64,000 nt of DNA from an uncultured delta proteobacterium. Its GTDB lineage: Bacteria; Desulfobacterota; Binatia; UTPRO1. Where the stretch lies: positions 4,697,633-4,761,632 of the forward strand of contig CAVXIU010000006.1 in assembly GCA_963761995.1 (NCBI GenBank), given 5' to 3'. Every line of letters starts with the position of its first letter. The stretch's first letter is position 1. Shown here piece by piece: positions 39,148 to 48,748 of this stretch. A program made the position numbers and the translations under genes. The notes beneath the pieces are model-generated. The model was not told where the DNA came from, did no database searches, and saw nothing but the letters and a program-made list of their open reading frames with translations.

Positions 39148-39636
39148 CTACTTGGCGGCCGGCAGCGGGGCCGGGGCCTTCGGCTGGACGGTGATCCCCG
39201 ACATGCAGCTCGGCGGTGTGTCGGAGCCCTCGAAGGCGCGCATGCAGTCATCGACCGCCTTCTGGTTGCCGACGCTCGCCTGATAGTCCCCGACGTCGAC
39301 CTGGAAGCCCGTCTTGGGCTGCGTCCACGAGTACGAGAAGCTGCTCTTGTCGTTGCCGCCCACCTGCTTCGCGTACCGCGAGTGGAATACGACGCCCTGC
39401 TGACAGGCCGAGATCTGCGCCCCGTTGTTGCGGTTGGCGATGCAGGCTCCCATGGAGTCGGTCCCCGGTTGGGCGCGGCGGGCGATGTCGACGCCTTCCT
39501 TGCACGCGACTCCCATGTCGGAGTCGGATCCGTACTCGACCTGGCACTGCATCTTGGCATCGACCGTGCCGTCGGCGTAGGCCGGCCCGGCCCCCAATCC
39601 CAGCACCAGCACGATCGTCGCGATTGCACGTCTCAT
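39148..39636 (-). CDS. secreted Cys-rich hypothetical protein (162 aa)
   Basis: Signal MRRAIATIVLVLGLGAGPAYA. Eight Cys. Real start at the internal ATG (39636); the upstream part of the listed ORF is junk. Confidence 0.55.
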   Translation of the reverse strand: MRRAIATIVLVLGLGAGPAYADGTVDAKMQCQVEYGSDSDMGVACKEGVDIARRAQPGTDSMGACIANRNNGAQISACQQGVVFHSRYAKQVGGNDKSSFSYSWTQPKTGFQVDVGDYQASVGNQKAVDDCMRAFEGSDTPPSCMSGITVQPKAPAPLPAAK

Positions 39637-39783
39637 CGGAATCCTCCTCGCGATGGTCGTGCCGGCGCGGCCACCGCCTCTCGTCACAACGCTACCGACG
39701 TAGGAACCGCTACGCAAAGGGGGTCGCGGCTTCTCTTTCGGAGGACGCTGGGATAGCAGGGCCCGGTCCATGGAGGGCGAGCG

Positions 39784-40044
39784 ATGAGACCCGTGATGAC
39801 GATCGCGCTGGCGCTGCTGGCGTTGACGACGACCGCGGCTTTCGCCGAGTCGGCCAAGCCGAAGGCGAAGCCCGCCAAGCCGGCCGCCATGAGCGCGGAG
39901 CAGCGCCGCGACCTGGAGGAGCGGATCGAGGCGCTGGAGCGGAAGTACGAGATGCAGTACCGCGAGACCGAGAGCCCGAGCGGCGCGGCCGGAGCGACCG
40001 GAGGCAGCGGCGCGGCCCCGGACCCGAAACCCAGAACCCACTGA
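39784..40044 (+). CDS. small secreted hypothetical protein
   Basis: Signal MRPVMTIALALLALTTTAAFA, a KP-rich stretch and a short coiled coil. Weak. Confidence 0.35.
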   Translation: MRPVMTIALALLALTTTAAFAESAKPKAKPAKPAAMSAEQRRDLEERIEALERKYEMQYRETESPSGAAGATGGSGAAPDPKPRTH

Positions 40045-41207
40045 CGCGTCGATCCGACCAGCCGCTCGGCTGTCCGCATTTTCCCGCCTGCCCGGGTTGT
40101 CCCTGGGTGGGGCGTCCGTACGCCGCGCAGCTCGAGTCGAAGCACGTCCGGGTGGTGGCGGCACTGGCGGCGGCCGGTATCCCCGAGGCCGAGTCGCTGG
40201 TCGCGGCGGTGACGGCGGCTCCGTCCGAGACCGGCTATCGCGTCCAAGCCAAGCTGATGGTCGGCGGCTCGCCCGAGCGGCCGGTGCTCGGTCTGTACGC
40301 GCCCGGGAGTCATCGCATCCTCGACGCGAGCCGCTGCCCGCTGCACGACCCGCTCCTGCAGCGCGCCATCCACGCGGTCCGGGACGCGCTCGCGGCGACG
40401 GCGATGCCGCTGCACGAGCGCGGCCGACTCGGCATACGCTACGTCCTCCTGCGCGCCAGCGTGGCCGAGGCGCGCGTCCTGGTGACGCTGGTGAGCTCGC
40501 GCGTCCCGCTCCCCGGCATGCCGTCGTTCTGCCGCCGGCTGCGGATCGCCGTCCCGCTCGCGGGCCTCTTGCTGAACGAGAACACCTCCACCGGCAACGT
40601 CATCGTCGGACCGCACACCACACGAGTCTGGGGCGAGGAGACGCTCCGCGAGCGCTACGGCACCGTCACCCTCGCCGCCGGACCGACGGCCTTCGTGCAG
40701 GCCAACACCGGCATGGCGGCGCGCATCTACGACGCGATCGCGGCGGCGGCCGATCTCGAGCCGACGGCGCGCGTGCTGGATCTCTATTGCGGCGTCGGCG
40801 GCATCGCCCTCACCCTGGCGCGCTCCGCGGCCGCCGTCGTCGGCGTGGAGGAGGTCGAGGCCGCCGTCGAGGCGGCGCGGGCCAACGCCGTCCGCGGTAA
40901 GCTCCCGCACGCGCGCTTCGTCGCGGCGCGGGTCGAGGACGCGCTCGCCGATCTCGCCGAGACGGCGGACGTCGTCACGATGAACCCGCCGCGCAAGGGC
41001 TGCGGCGAACGGGTGGCGCGCCGCCTCGGTGCCCTCGGTGCCTCCCGTCTCCTCTACCTCTCGTGCCACCCGGAGTCGTTTGCGCGCGATGCCGTTCATC
41101 TCTCCGCTGCGGGCTTCACTCTCGAGCGCGTGCAGCCCTTCGATCTCCTGCCGGCCACCGATCACGTCGAGCTGCTCGGCGTCTTCCGGGGGGCGACGCA
41201 TCGATAG
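40041..41207 (+). CDS. 23S rRNA (uracil-5-)-methyltransferase, RlmC/RumB-like (Fe-S Cys cluster, no TRAM domain)
   Basis: N-terminal GCPHFPACPGCPW Cys cluster as in RlmC. SAM-binding VLDLYCGVGGIALTLA. Catalytic ...MNPPRKGC.... No ATG/GTG/TTG near the N-terminus, so the start (CTG at 40041?) is unresolved. Confidence 0.7.
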   Translation: MTRRSDQPLGCPHFPACPGCPWVGRPYAAQLESKHVRVVAALAAAGIPEAESLVAAVTAAPSETGYRVQAKLMVGGSPERPVLGLYAPGSHRILDASRCPLHDPLLQRAIHAVRDALAATAMPLHERGRLGIRYVLLRASVAEARVLVTLVSSRVPLPGMPSFCRRLRIAVPLAGLLLNENTSTGNVIVGPHTTRVWGEETLRERYGTVTLAAGPTAFVQANTGMAARIYDAIAAAADLEPTARVLDLYCGVGGIALTLARSAAAVVGVEEVEAAVEAARANAVRGKLPHARFVAARVEDALADLAETADVVTMNPPRKGCGERVARRLGALGASRLLYLSCHPESFARDAVHLSAAGFTLERVQPFDLLPATDHVELLGVFRGATHR

Positions 41208-41315
41208 CTGAACGAATTCGCTAGCCTATATCAGCGATACAGACTCGGGAGCCGTGAAACGGATGTCCCTGCAAACCTACTTGCGTGGAATCTGTAACGT
41301 CGCTATACGGAACTC

Positions 41316-41939
41316 GTGCCCGCCGACGTTGCGCCGCTCCGCTCCCGCGACCTCGAATCCGAGGCGACCCGCCGCGCGATCCTCGACGCCGCCGAGCATC
41401 TGTTGGCGACGGGCGGCGAGGACGGCCTCTCGATCCGCGAGCTCTGCGCCCGCGCCGGGGTGACGGCGCCGACGATCTACCATCACTTCGGCGACAAGGC
41501 CGCGCTGGTGGCGCGAGTGGTGGACGATTGCTTCGCCGACTTCGACCGCTCCTTCGCGCATCGCGCCGCTCCACACGATCCGGTGGAGGCGCTGCGCTGG
41601 GCCTTCGATCGCTACGTCGAGTACGGCCTGGAGCATCCCACGCACTACCGGCTGATGTTCGGCGCTCGGCCGTCGCGGCCCTCGCCCTCCGGTCTCGCCT
41701 CCTACGACGGCCTCCGCCGCCGCGTCATGGCGATCGCCGACGCGGGCCGGCTCGCCGCGCCGACCGAAGACGCGACGGCCGCCCTCTGGGCCAGCGTCCA
41801 CGGCGTCACCTCATTGTTGATCGCAGGCTTCTGGACCCCCGACACGCAGGCGATCGCGCTGGTGCGCGACGCGATGATCGCTCAACTCACGACGGCGCGG
41901 CGTCCCGCGCCACGACGCAACGAAAGGAAACGCCCATGA
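41316..41939 (+). CDS. TetR family transcriptional regulator
   Basis: TRRAILDAAEHLLATGGEDGLSIRELCARAGVTAPTIYHHFGDKAAL (TetR HTH). Confidence 0.8.
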   Translation: MPADVAPLRSRDLESEATRRAILDAAEHLLATGGEDGLSIRELCARAGVTAPTIYHHFGDKAALVARVVDDCFADFDRSFAHRAAPHDPVEALRWAFDRYVEYGLEHPTHYRLMFGARPSRPSPSGLASYDGLRRRVMAIADAGRLAAPTEDATAALWASVHGVTSLLIAGFWTPDTQAIALVRDAMIAQLTTARRPAPRRNERKRP

Positions 41940-43330
41940 TGGAGCGCGAGTCCGACGTCAATCCGTTTTTCCAAGGCAACTTCGGTCCGTGGCGGCTCGA
42001 GGGAGACGCCCCCGATCTCGAGGTGATCGGCGAGATCCCCCGCGATCTGAACGGGACGTTCTATCGCAACGGCCCCAATCCGGCCTTCGAGCCCAAGGGC
42101 CGGTATCACTGGTTCGACGGCGACGGCATGATCCACGCGATCCGCATCGAGGACGGCCGCGCCTCGTATCGGAACCGCTGGGTGCAGAGCACCGGTCTCG
42201 TGGAGGAGCGCCAGGCCGGGCACGCGCTCTATCCGGGACTGCTCAGCATGTCGCCGACCGAGGCTCCCACCTTCAAGGTGACCGCCAACACCAACATCGT
42301 GCAGCACGCCGGGAAGCTGCTGGCACTGGTCGAGTCGTCCTTCCCGACCGAGCTCGTGCCCTGCACGCTCGAGACCGTCGGCCTCTACGACTTCGGCGGC
42401 AAGCTCATGAGCGCGATGACGGCCCACCCCAAGATGGATCCCGAGACCGGTGAGATGCTGTTCTTCGGCTACTCCCCCTTCCCGCCCTATCTGACGTACC
42501 ACGTCGCCGACCAGAGCGGCGCGCTCGTCCGCTCCGAGGTGATCGACGTCGCCTGGCCGTCGATGATGCACGACTTCGCCATCACCAAGGACTACGTCAT
42601 CTTCATGCTCTGTCCGGTGGTCTTCTCCTTCGAGGAGATCGCGAAGCGCGGCAGCGCGTTCTCGTGGCAGCCGGAGCGCGGCACCAGGCTCGGCGTCATG
42701 CCGCGGAACGGCGGCAACGCCGACGTGAAGTGGTTCGACACCGACCCCTGCTACGTCTTCCACCCGATGAACGCCTACGCCGAGAACGGCACGATCGTCC
42801 TCGACGTCGCCCGCTACGAGCAGCTGCTCTTCATGGATCAGAAGTCGGCGCGCGATCCCGGCTGGCGCGATCGCAACGTCGCCCGCCTGCACCGCTGGAC
42901 GATCGACCTCGCCAAGGGAAGCGTCCGCTCGCAGGCGCTCGACGACGGCGACGGCGAGTTCCCGCGCGTCGACGAGCGGCGCCTCGGCCGCCGCCACCGC
43001 TTCGGCTACATGGCGCTCACCGGGCCCGAGGGCAACGAGTCGGCGACCCCCGAGTGGACGTCGATCCGCAAGTTCGACCTCGACCGCGGCAGCAGCGAAA
43101 CCCGGCACTTCGGCCCACGGAACGGCGTCGGCGAGCCGCTCTTCGTGCCGCGCCACGACGCCGCCGACGAGGACGACGGCTACATCCTCGTCCTCAACTA
43201 CAACCAGGCGCGGAACGCGAGCGCCTTTTTCGTGCTCGACGCGCGCAACCTGACCGGCGAGCCGCTGGCGGAGATTCGCATCCCCAATCGAGTTCCGTAC
43301 GGCTTCCACGGCAACTGGGTGGCGGCGTAG
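41936..43330 (+). CDS. carotenoid cleavage dioxygenase family (RPE65/lignostilbene dioxygenase-like)
   Basis: ATG overlaps the TetR stop (ATGA). FYRNGPNPAFEPKGRYHWFDGDGMIHA...TAHPKMDPETGEMLFFGY...FHPMNAYAE...EFPRVDER.... Four-His iron-site regions are recognisable. Confidence 0.85.
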   Translation: MMERESDVNPFFQGNFGPWRLEGDAPDLEVIGEIPRDLNGTFYRNGPNPAFEPKGRYHWFDGDGMIHAIRIEDGRASYRNRWVQSTGLVEERQAGHALYPGLLSMSPTEAPTFKVTANTNIVQHAGKLLALVESSFPTELVPCTLETVGLYDFGGKLMSAMTAHPKMDPETGEMLFFGYSPFPPYLTYHVADQSGALVRSEVIDVAWPSMMHDFAITKDYVIFMLCPVVFSFEEIAKRGSAFSWQPERGTRLGVMPRNGGNADVKWFDTDPCYVFHPMNAYAENGTIVLDVARYEQLLFMDQKSARDPGWRDRNVARLHRWTIDLAKGSVRSQALDDGDGEFPRVDERRLGRRHRFGYMALTGPEGNESATPEWTSIRKFDLDRGSSETRHFGPRNGVGEPLFVPRHDAADEDDGYILVLNYNQARNASAFFVLDARNLTGEPLAEIRIPNRVPYGFHGNWVAA

Positions 43331-43627
43331 TCATCTGACGCCTCGGGCTCGGCGCGCACGCCCGCGCCGAGCCCAACGCTCCGCCCAGCCGTGGAGCGGC
43401 AGCAGGAGCTCGCCGAGCGCCCGTCCCTCGGCGGTGAGCGCGTAGCCACCGCCCTCCCGGAGATCCACCAGTCCGGCGTCGCGCATCTCGCGGAGGCGCT
43501 GGTTCAGGACCGTCGGCGAGAGCGCGTCGCACGACTCCTGCAACGCCCGGAAGGGCATTGCCTCCCGCCTGAGCTCCCACAGCACCCGCAGGGTCCAGCG
43601 GTGCCCGAGCAGGTCGAGCACGGCCAT
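43331..43627 (-). CDS. HxlR-type winged-helix transcriptional regulator
   Basis: MAVLDLLGHRWTLRVLWELRREAMPFRALQESCDALSPTVLNQRLREMRDAGLV. Confidence 0.7.
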   Translation of the reverse strand: MAVLDLLGHRWTLRVLWELRREAMPFRALQESCDALSPTVLNQRLREMRDAGLVDLREGGGYALTAEGRALGELLLPLHGWAERWARRGRARRARGVR

Positions 43628-43759
43628 CACCGGCCGTCCGCTCCGCGAGCCGCGCACCCCGGCTCGGGCGGGACTCGCCCTCGTGCGTCGTCCTTGCGCG
43701 GATCCCGGAAGACTCATACGCTACGGAAAGCGTAGCACACCGCACGACGGAGGCCAGCC

Positions 43760-44326
43760 ATGGATACGCCGCGCATCCCCCCGCTCGACCCGCCCTTCGA
43801 TGCCGAGGTGGCGGCGGAGCTCGCCCGCTGGATGCCGCGGAACGCGCCGATCGAGCCGTTGGCCCTCTTTCGCACCCTGGCGCGCCACCTGCCGCTGGCG
43901 CAAGCGATGCTGCCGCTCGGCAAGTACCTCCTCGGGCGCGGCGCCGCGCTCGGCGTCCGCGAGCGCGAGCTCGTCATCCAGCGCGTGTGCGCGCGGCTCG
44001 GCTGCGAGTACGAATGGGGCGTGCACGCGAGCGTCTTCGCCGGCGCCGCCGGCATCAAAGACCGCACCATGGACGCGACCGTTCTGGCGCGGCCGGACGA
44101 CGCCGTGTGGAAGGGCTCGGACGCGCTCCTGATCCGCCTCGTCGACGAGCTCCACTACGGCGCCACGGTTTCGGACGTGCTCTGGAAGGAGCTCGCGGCC
44201 CATTTCACCCAAGCGCAGCTGCTCGAGGTCCTGGTGCTCGCCGGCTGGTACCACGTGATCGGCTTCGTCGCGAACGGCGCCGGCGTGCAACGCGAGACCT
44301 GGGCCAAGCGCTTCCCGGCGCTGTGA
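43760..44326 (+). CDS. carboxymuconolactone decarboxylase (AhpD-like) family protein
   Basis: ...RELVIQRVCARLGCEYEWGVHASVFAGAAG... carries the CMD-family Cys/His segment. Confidence 0.7.
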   Translation: MDTPRIPPLDPPFDAEVAAELARWMPRNAPIEPLALFRTLARHLPLAQAMLPLGKYLLGRGAALGVRERELVIQRVCARLGCEYEWGVHASVFAGAAGIKDRTMDATVLARPDDAVWKGSDALLIRLVDELHYGATVSDVLWKELAAHFTQAQLLEVLVLAGWYHVIGFVANGAGVQRETWAKRFPAL

Positions 44327-44394
44327 TCACCTGGACATAGCCGGCGGCCCGGTCTACGACGCGGCACGCCAGGTCGGCTCGCGGGAGGCACACC

Positions 44395-45420
44395 ATGCGC
44401 TTCGGCATCAACGTCGGGTACTCGGGCGCGAAGATGGCGCTCGACATGCCGCTGATTCAGGAGGCGGATCGCCTGGGGTTCCACTCCGTGTGGTCTGCCG
44501 AGGCCTACGGGTCGGACGCCGTCACCCCGCTGGCGTGGATCGCGGCCCAGACCGAGCGCATTCACGTCGCGAGCGGCATCATGCAGATGCCGGCTCGCAC
44601 GCCGGCCATGACCGCGATGACCGCGACCACGCTCGATCAGCTCTCCGGCGGCCGCTTTCTCCTCGGCCTCGGGGTCTCGGGACCGCAGGTCGTCGAGGGC
44701 TGGCACGGCCAGCCCTACGGCAAGCCGCTGGTGCGGACGCGCGAGTACCTCGCGATCGTCCGCGCGATCTGGGCTCGCGAGCAGCCCGTCCAGCACCAGG
44801 GCGAGCACTACCAGATCCCCTACCGCGGTGCGGGCGCGAGCGGTCTCGGCAAGCCGCTGAAGAGCATCCTGCACGGACGGCAGATCCCGATCTACATCGC
44901 CGCGATCGGTCCGAAGAGCGTCGAGCAGACGGCCGAGATCGCCGACGGCTGGTTGCCGGTCTGGTACTCGCCCTATCGCACGCACGTCTTCAAGGACGCC
45001 CTCGAGGCGGGATTCCGCCGCGCCGGCGCCGGCAAGTCGCTCGCCACCTTCGACATCGCGGCGGCGGTGAACGTGGTGGTCGGGAACGACGTCGACGCGT
45101 GCCTCCGGCACGTGAAGCCCGGGCTCGCGCTCTACGTCGGCGGCATGGGCGCCCGCGGCAAGAACTTCTACAACGACCTCGCCTGCCGCTACGGCTTCGA
45201 GGAGGCGGCGCAGAAGATTCAAGACCTCTACCTGTCCGGCAAGAAGGACGAGGCCGCCGCAGCCGTTCCCGATCAGCTGGCGGACGAGGTCGCTCTCGTG
45301 GGACCGCCGGAGCGCATTCGCGACCGGCTGGCGGCGTGGCGCGAGTCGGGGGTCACCACCATGATCTGCGGCACCCGTCAGGTCGAGGCGGTCCGCACTC
45401 TCGCCGAGATCGGCGGCTGA
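44395..45420 (+). CDS. LLM-class (luciferase-like) flavin/F420-dependent oxidoreductase
   Basis: [11 protein letters not shown]...[37 protein letters not shown]...[23 protein letters not shown]-barrel LLM signature. Confidence 0.8.
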   Translation: MRFGINVGYSGAKMALDMPLIQEADRLGFHSVWSAEAYGSDAVTPLAWIAAQTERIHVASGIMQMPARTPAMTAMTATTLDQLSGGRFLLGLGVSGPQVVEGWHGQPYGKPLVRTREYLAIVRAIWAREQPVQHQGEHYQIPYRGAGASGLGKPLKSILHGRQIPIYIAAIGPKSVEQTAEIADGWLPVWYSPYRTHVFKDALEAGFRRAGAGKSLATFDIAAAVNVVVGNDVDACLRHVKPGLALYVGGMGARGKNFYNDLACRYGFEEAAQKIQDLYLSGKKDEAAAAVPDQLADEVALVGPPERIRDRLAAWRESGVTTMICGTRQVEAVRTLAEIGG

Positions 45421-45451
45421 GCGTGGCTCCCCGCAGGCCTGGAATGCGCCG

Positions 45452-45952
45452 GTGACGGCATCGACGGCGACGGCTGCTCGCTGGCCCGAAGAGGCGCGTC
45501 CGGAGCGCTCGCCCATCTACTCGCGTGCCGCGATCGTGATCGCGGCCCCGGCCACGCAGGTCTTCGCCTGGCTGGTGGGCGTCGAGCGCTGGCCCGAATG
45601 GTACTCGCAGTGCAGCCGCGCCGAGATCGTCTCGGGGCCGCGCCCCGACCTCGGCATCGGCACCCATTTCCGCTGGACGGTGCTCGGGGTCCGCGTCGCC
45701 ACCACGGTCGAGGAGTGCGACCCCCCGTTCCGCCTCGCCTGGAGCGGCACCGGGCTCGGCGCCGCCGCCTACCACTCGTGGGACCTCGAGCCGACGCCCG
45801 GAGGCTGCCGGGTCGTGACCGAGGAGACGCAACGCGGGGTGATACCTTCGCTCCTGCGGGTCGTGCTGCGGCCGCTGCTCGCCTACACGCAGCGCAGCTG
45901 GCTCGACGCGCTCGGGCGCGTCGCGGTCACGGGCCCACCCCCGCCGCGCTGA
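45452..45952 (+). CDS. SRPBCC (START/Bet v1-like, polyketide cyclase-like) protein
   Basis: About 166 aa with conserved ...ERWPEWYSQC... Typical size and pattern for SRPBCC. Confidence 0.65.
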   Translation: MTASTATAARWPEEARPERSPIYSRAAIVIAAPATQVFAWLVGVERWPEWYSQCSRAEIVSGPRPDLGIGTHFRWTVLGVRVATTVEECDPPFRLAWSGTGLGAAAYHSWDLEPTPGGCRVVTEETQRGVIPSLLRVVLRPLLAYTQRSWLDALGRVAVTGPPPPR

Positions 45953-46148
45953 TTCCTCGCCGTATCCATCCAATTTCGGCCGGCGTCAGGTAGTGGGTCA
46001 ATTTGAATCACCGATCCACTGCCCGGCGTCACTTTTCCGTTGACACTCGAAAGCCGGCACGAGTACAAGCCGCCCGAGCGCGCCTGAGGTCCCCCAACCG
46101 CGACGGGTCGCCGCGCCGCCCCGCCGCCCAACGGTACGCACGGAGGAG

Positions 46149-47168
46149 ATGATGCGGAGGATCGCACGCCCCCACGTAGTGGCGATCGCCGTCTGCGCCC
46201 TGGTCCTGGCGTGGAGCTCGCTCGCCAGCGCCCAGCCCTGCCTGATCTTCGTCCACGGCAAGCAGACCGACACCAACACGTACACCAACTGGAACTCGGC
46301 CCGGAACTACTGGAAGAACGGCTCGAACGATTTCGTCAAGGTCGCCACCAAGAACTTCGCGACCTCGTACTACGTGATCGGCTACAACGGCACGCGCCCG
46401 TATTACGAGTCGCAGTCGGCCGGCGAGGTCGCCACCGAGATCGTCAACGCCACCAACGGCGGCACCGACGGCGGCGGCAATCGCTGCGCCCTCACCTATG
46501 CCCAAGGCGGCTCCTTCTGGGTGATCGCCCACAGCATGGGCGGCACCATCATGGACTTCATCCTCGGCAACAACGACGCCAGCGATCCCAACTTCAACTT
46601 CTCGGGCCCCTTCGACCAGGCGGCGCAGCGCATCAGCATGGCGATCACGACCGGCGGCGCCCACCGCGGCTCGCAGGGCGCCGACGCGGTCTGCGGCCAG
46701 GGCAACTTCTTCTGCAACTTCATCGCCGGCTTCATCCAGAGCTGCGACGACGCGACCTACTGGCTGCGCAGCGCCGACGCGGTGCAGGTGCGGACGGTCT
46801 CGAACGCCCCGGCACGCAACATTCATCTGACCGGGGGCTACGAGGCGATCTTCGGCGCCAGCGCGTGCCTCGCCGGCGAGGACGACGGCATCGTCCAGTA
46901 CGCCTCGATCTACGCCTGCTCGGGAAGCGCGACGGCGGGCTACGACAACGGCAACGCCTGCTCCAACTCGGCGAAGCAGGAGTCGTCGGGATTCTTCAAC
47001 CTCGACTCCGCCCACGAGAACCACTCCGACGAGCGCGACAACAGCGACTCGGACGTCCGGCGCGCCATTCCGACCGGCATCTGGACATGCGGCGGGGTGC
47101 CCTGCGCCCCCAACACGCAGGTGCAGTCGTCGATGACGACCGCGCGTTTCGTCAGCATCCTCTACTGA
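46149..47168 (+). CDS. secreted lipase/esterase (alpha/beta hydrolase, AHSMGG nucleophile elbow)
   Basis: Signal MMRRIARPHVVAIAVCALVLAWSSLASA. CLIFVHGKQ (oxyanion region). VIAHSMGG (GxSxG). Confidence 0.7.
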   Translation: MMRRIARPHVVAIAVCALVLAWSSLASAQPCLIFVHGKQTDTNTYTNWNSARNYWKNGSNDFVKVATKNFATSYYVIGYNGTRPYYESQSAGEVATEIVNATNGGTDGGGNRCALTYAQGGSFWVIAHSMGGTIMDFILGNNDASDPNFNFSGPFDQAAQRISMAITTGGAHRGSQGADAVCGQGNFFCNFIAGFIQSCDDATYWLRSADAVQVRTVSNAPARNIHLTGGYEAIFGASACLAGEDDGIVQYASIYACSGSATAGYDNGNACSNSAKQESSGFFNLDSAHENHSDERDNSDSDVRRAIPTGIWTCGGVPCAPNTQVQSSMTTARFVSILY

Positions 47169-47220
47169 TCTCGAGCCTGCCGCGGGACGGCCGGTGCACC
47201 CGGCCGTCCCGCTTTCCACG

Positions 47221-48396
47221 ATGCCCTCGCGCCGATCCGTCGCTGCCTTCGTCGTCATTGCGCTGGCGTTCGTCGCCGGCTTCCTCTTCCTGAGCCGAGC
47301 GCGGACGGAGCCTCGCCAGGCCGCCGCACCGCCGCCGGCGGAGGCCTCGCCGCCGCCGGCCGTGCTGGCAGCCGTCGCCGTCCCCTCGCCGTCCCCGTCG
47401 CCGGTCCGCATGACGATTCGCACCGAGACCGAGATCGTCCCGGCCGCGGACGCGCCGCAGTTGGGCTCGGTCGTCGCCACCACCGCCGCCGACTACCGCC
47501 GGCGCGCCCGCTTCCCGCGCGCGTCGCAACCGATCGAGGACGGCGTCGATCCGATCGCGCGCGACCGCGAGGTGACGCGCGGCAAGAGTCTCGGACCCGA
47601 GGGCAGCAATCCCACCCTCGTCGTGTGGCCGGACCGCACCGGCTTCGAGGCCCCGAGCCCGATCGTCGTCTACGCGTACCTCGTGCACGACGAGCGCAAG
47701 GTGGATCCGCGGGCGATCCGCGGCGAGGTACGCACCCAGCAGGGCGGCGTGCTGGCGGCGCTCGCGTTCCGGGACGACGGCGCCGGGGGCGACGGCGACG
47801 CCAACGATCTCGTCTACACCGCCGTCATCGCGCCCGGACGCGAGCACGCGGCGGAGTTCAAGGGAGCGCAGCTGGTGGAGGTCCACGCCGAGACCCCGAG
47901 CGGCGAGGAGCGCGTCGCCACCACGGGCTTCCTCTACAGCGTCCCGCTCGCCCAGCTGACGGGGCGCTACCGCGACGAGCTCGTCGACGGCAACCTGGTG
48001 GTGAGCGCCGAGGTCGCGGTCGAGGCCGACGGGCGCTTCCACCTCGAGGCGACCCTGGCGGGAGCGGACGGTACGCCGGTCGGATGGGCGCAGAGTGCGC
48101 TGGTCCTGCCGGCCGGAACGGCCTGGATGTCGCTCACCTATTGGGGCTTGATGTTTCACCAGGCGGGCGTGGACGGTCCGTACACGCTCAAGTCGGTCGC
48201 GCTCTCGACCACCGGTGAGATGCCGAACCAGAAGAACGACGTAGTGGCCAACGCCCACGTGACCGCCGCGTACGACGTGGCGCAGTTCGGCGACCGCAGC
48301 TACGACGATCCCGACCTGCTCGACGCCGCCGCCCGCGTCGAGGCCGACGGCGTCCCGGGCGGCCTGCAGGCCCTCGACGCCGGGTCGGCGCGCTGA
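47221..48396 (+). CDS. membrane-anchored periplasmic hypothetical protein (possible lipase partner)
   Basis: N-terminal TM RSVAAFVVIALAFVAGFLFL, a Pro/Ala-rich linker, then a ~300-aa globular domain. Sits 25 nt downstream of the lipase. Confidence 0.5.
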   Translation: MPSRRSVAAFVVIALAFVAGFLFLSRARTEPRQAAAPPPAEASPPPAVLAAVAVPSPSPSPVRMTIRTETEIVPAADAPQLGSVVATTAADYRRRARFPRASQPIEDGVDPIARDREVTRGKSLGPEGSNPTLVVWPDRTGFEAPSPIVVYAYLVHDERKVDPRAIRGEVRTQQGGVLAALAFRDDGAGGDGDANDLVYTAVIAPGREHAAEFKGAQLVEVHAETPSGEERVATTGFLYSVPLAQLTGRYRDELVDGNLVVSAEVAVEADGRFHLEATLAGADGTPVGWAQSALVLPAGTAWMSLTYWGLMFHQAGVDGPYTLKSVALSTTGEMPNQKNDVVANAHVTAAYDVAQFGDRSYDDPDLLDAAARVEADGVPGGLQALDAGSAR

Positions 48397-48748
48397 CCGC
48401 GGGTCGCGTGCAAGCACGGGTCGCGCGCTGGCTGCTCGTCGTCTGCCCCATGGCGGCACTGGGGTACGTCGCGGCGGTCTTCGCCCACGTGCTGAGCGCG
48501 CGTCCCGAGCGCCTCTGGCCGCTCGCCCTGATGCCGCTCCTCGCGCTCGCGATCGGACGGCCGACGGGCCCCGCCATCGTCGCAGCGCTCTCCGAGCTCG
48601 GGCTTCTCGCCGTGCTGCATTCGCTGCTGACGTTGATTCGGGCCGCGCGCCTCGAGGGCGGCTGAGCGCCGGCGTCGACTTGACTATCCGGACGGACGCA
48701 AGTACGCGCACCGCAAGCCCAGCGGCTGAAGGCGCGAGGAGGAATCGT

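Noticed and set aside
41882-43309. 475-aa minus-strand ORF
   Set aside because: Antisense to the well-supported carotenoid-cleavage-type dioxygenase.
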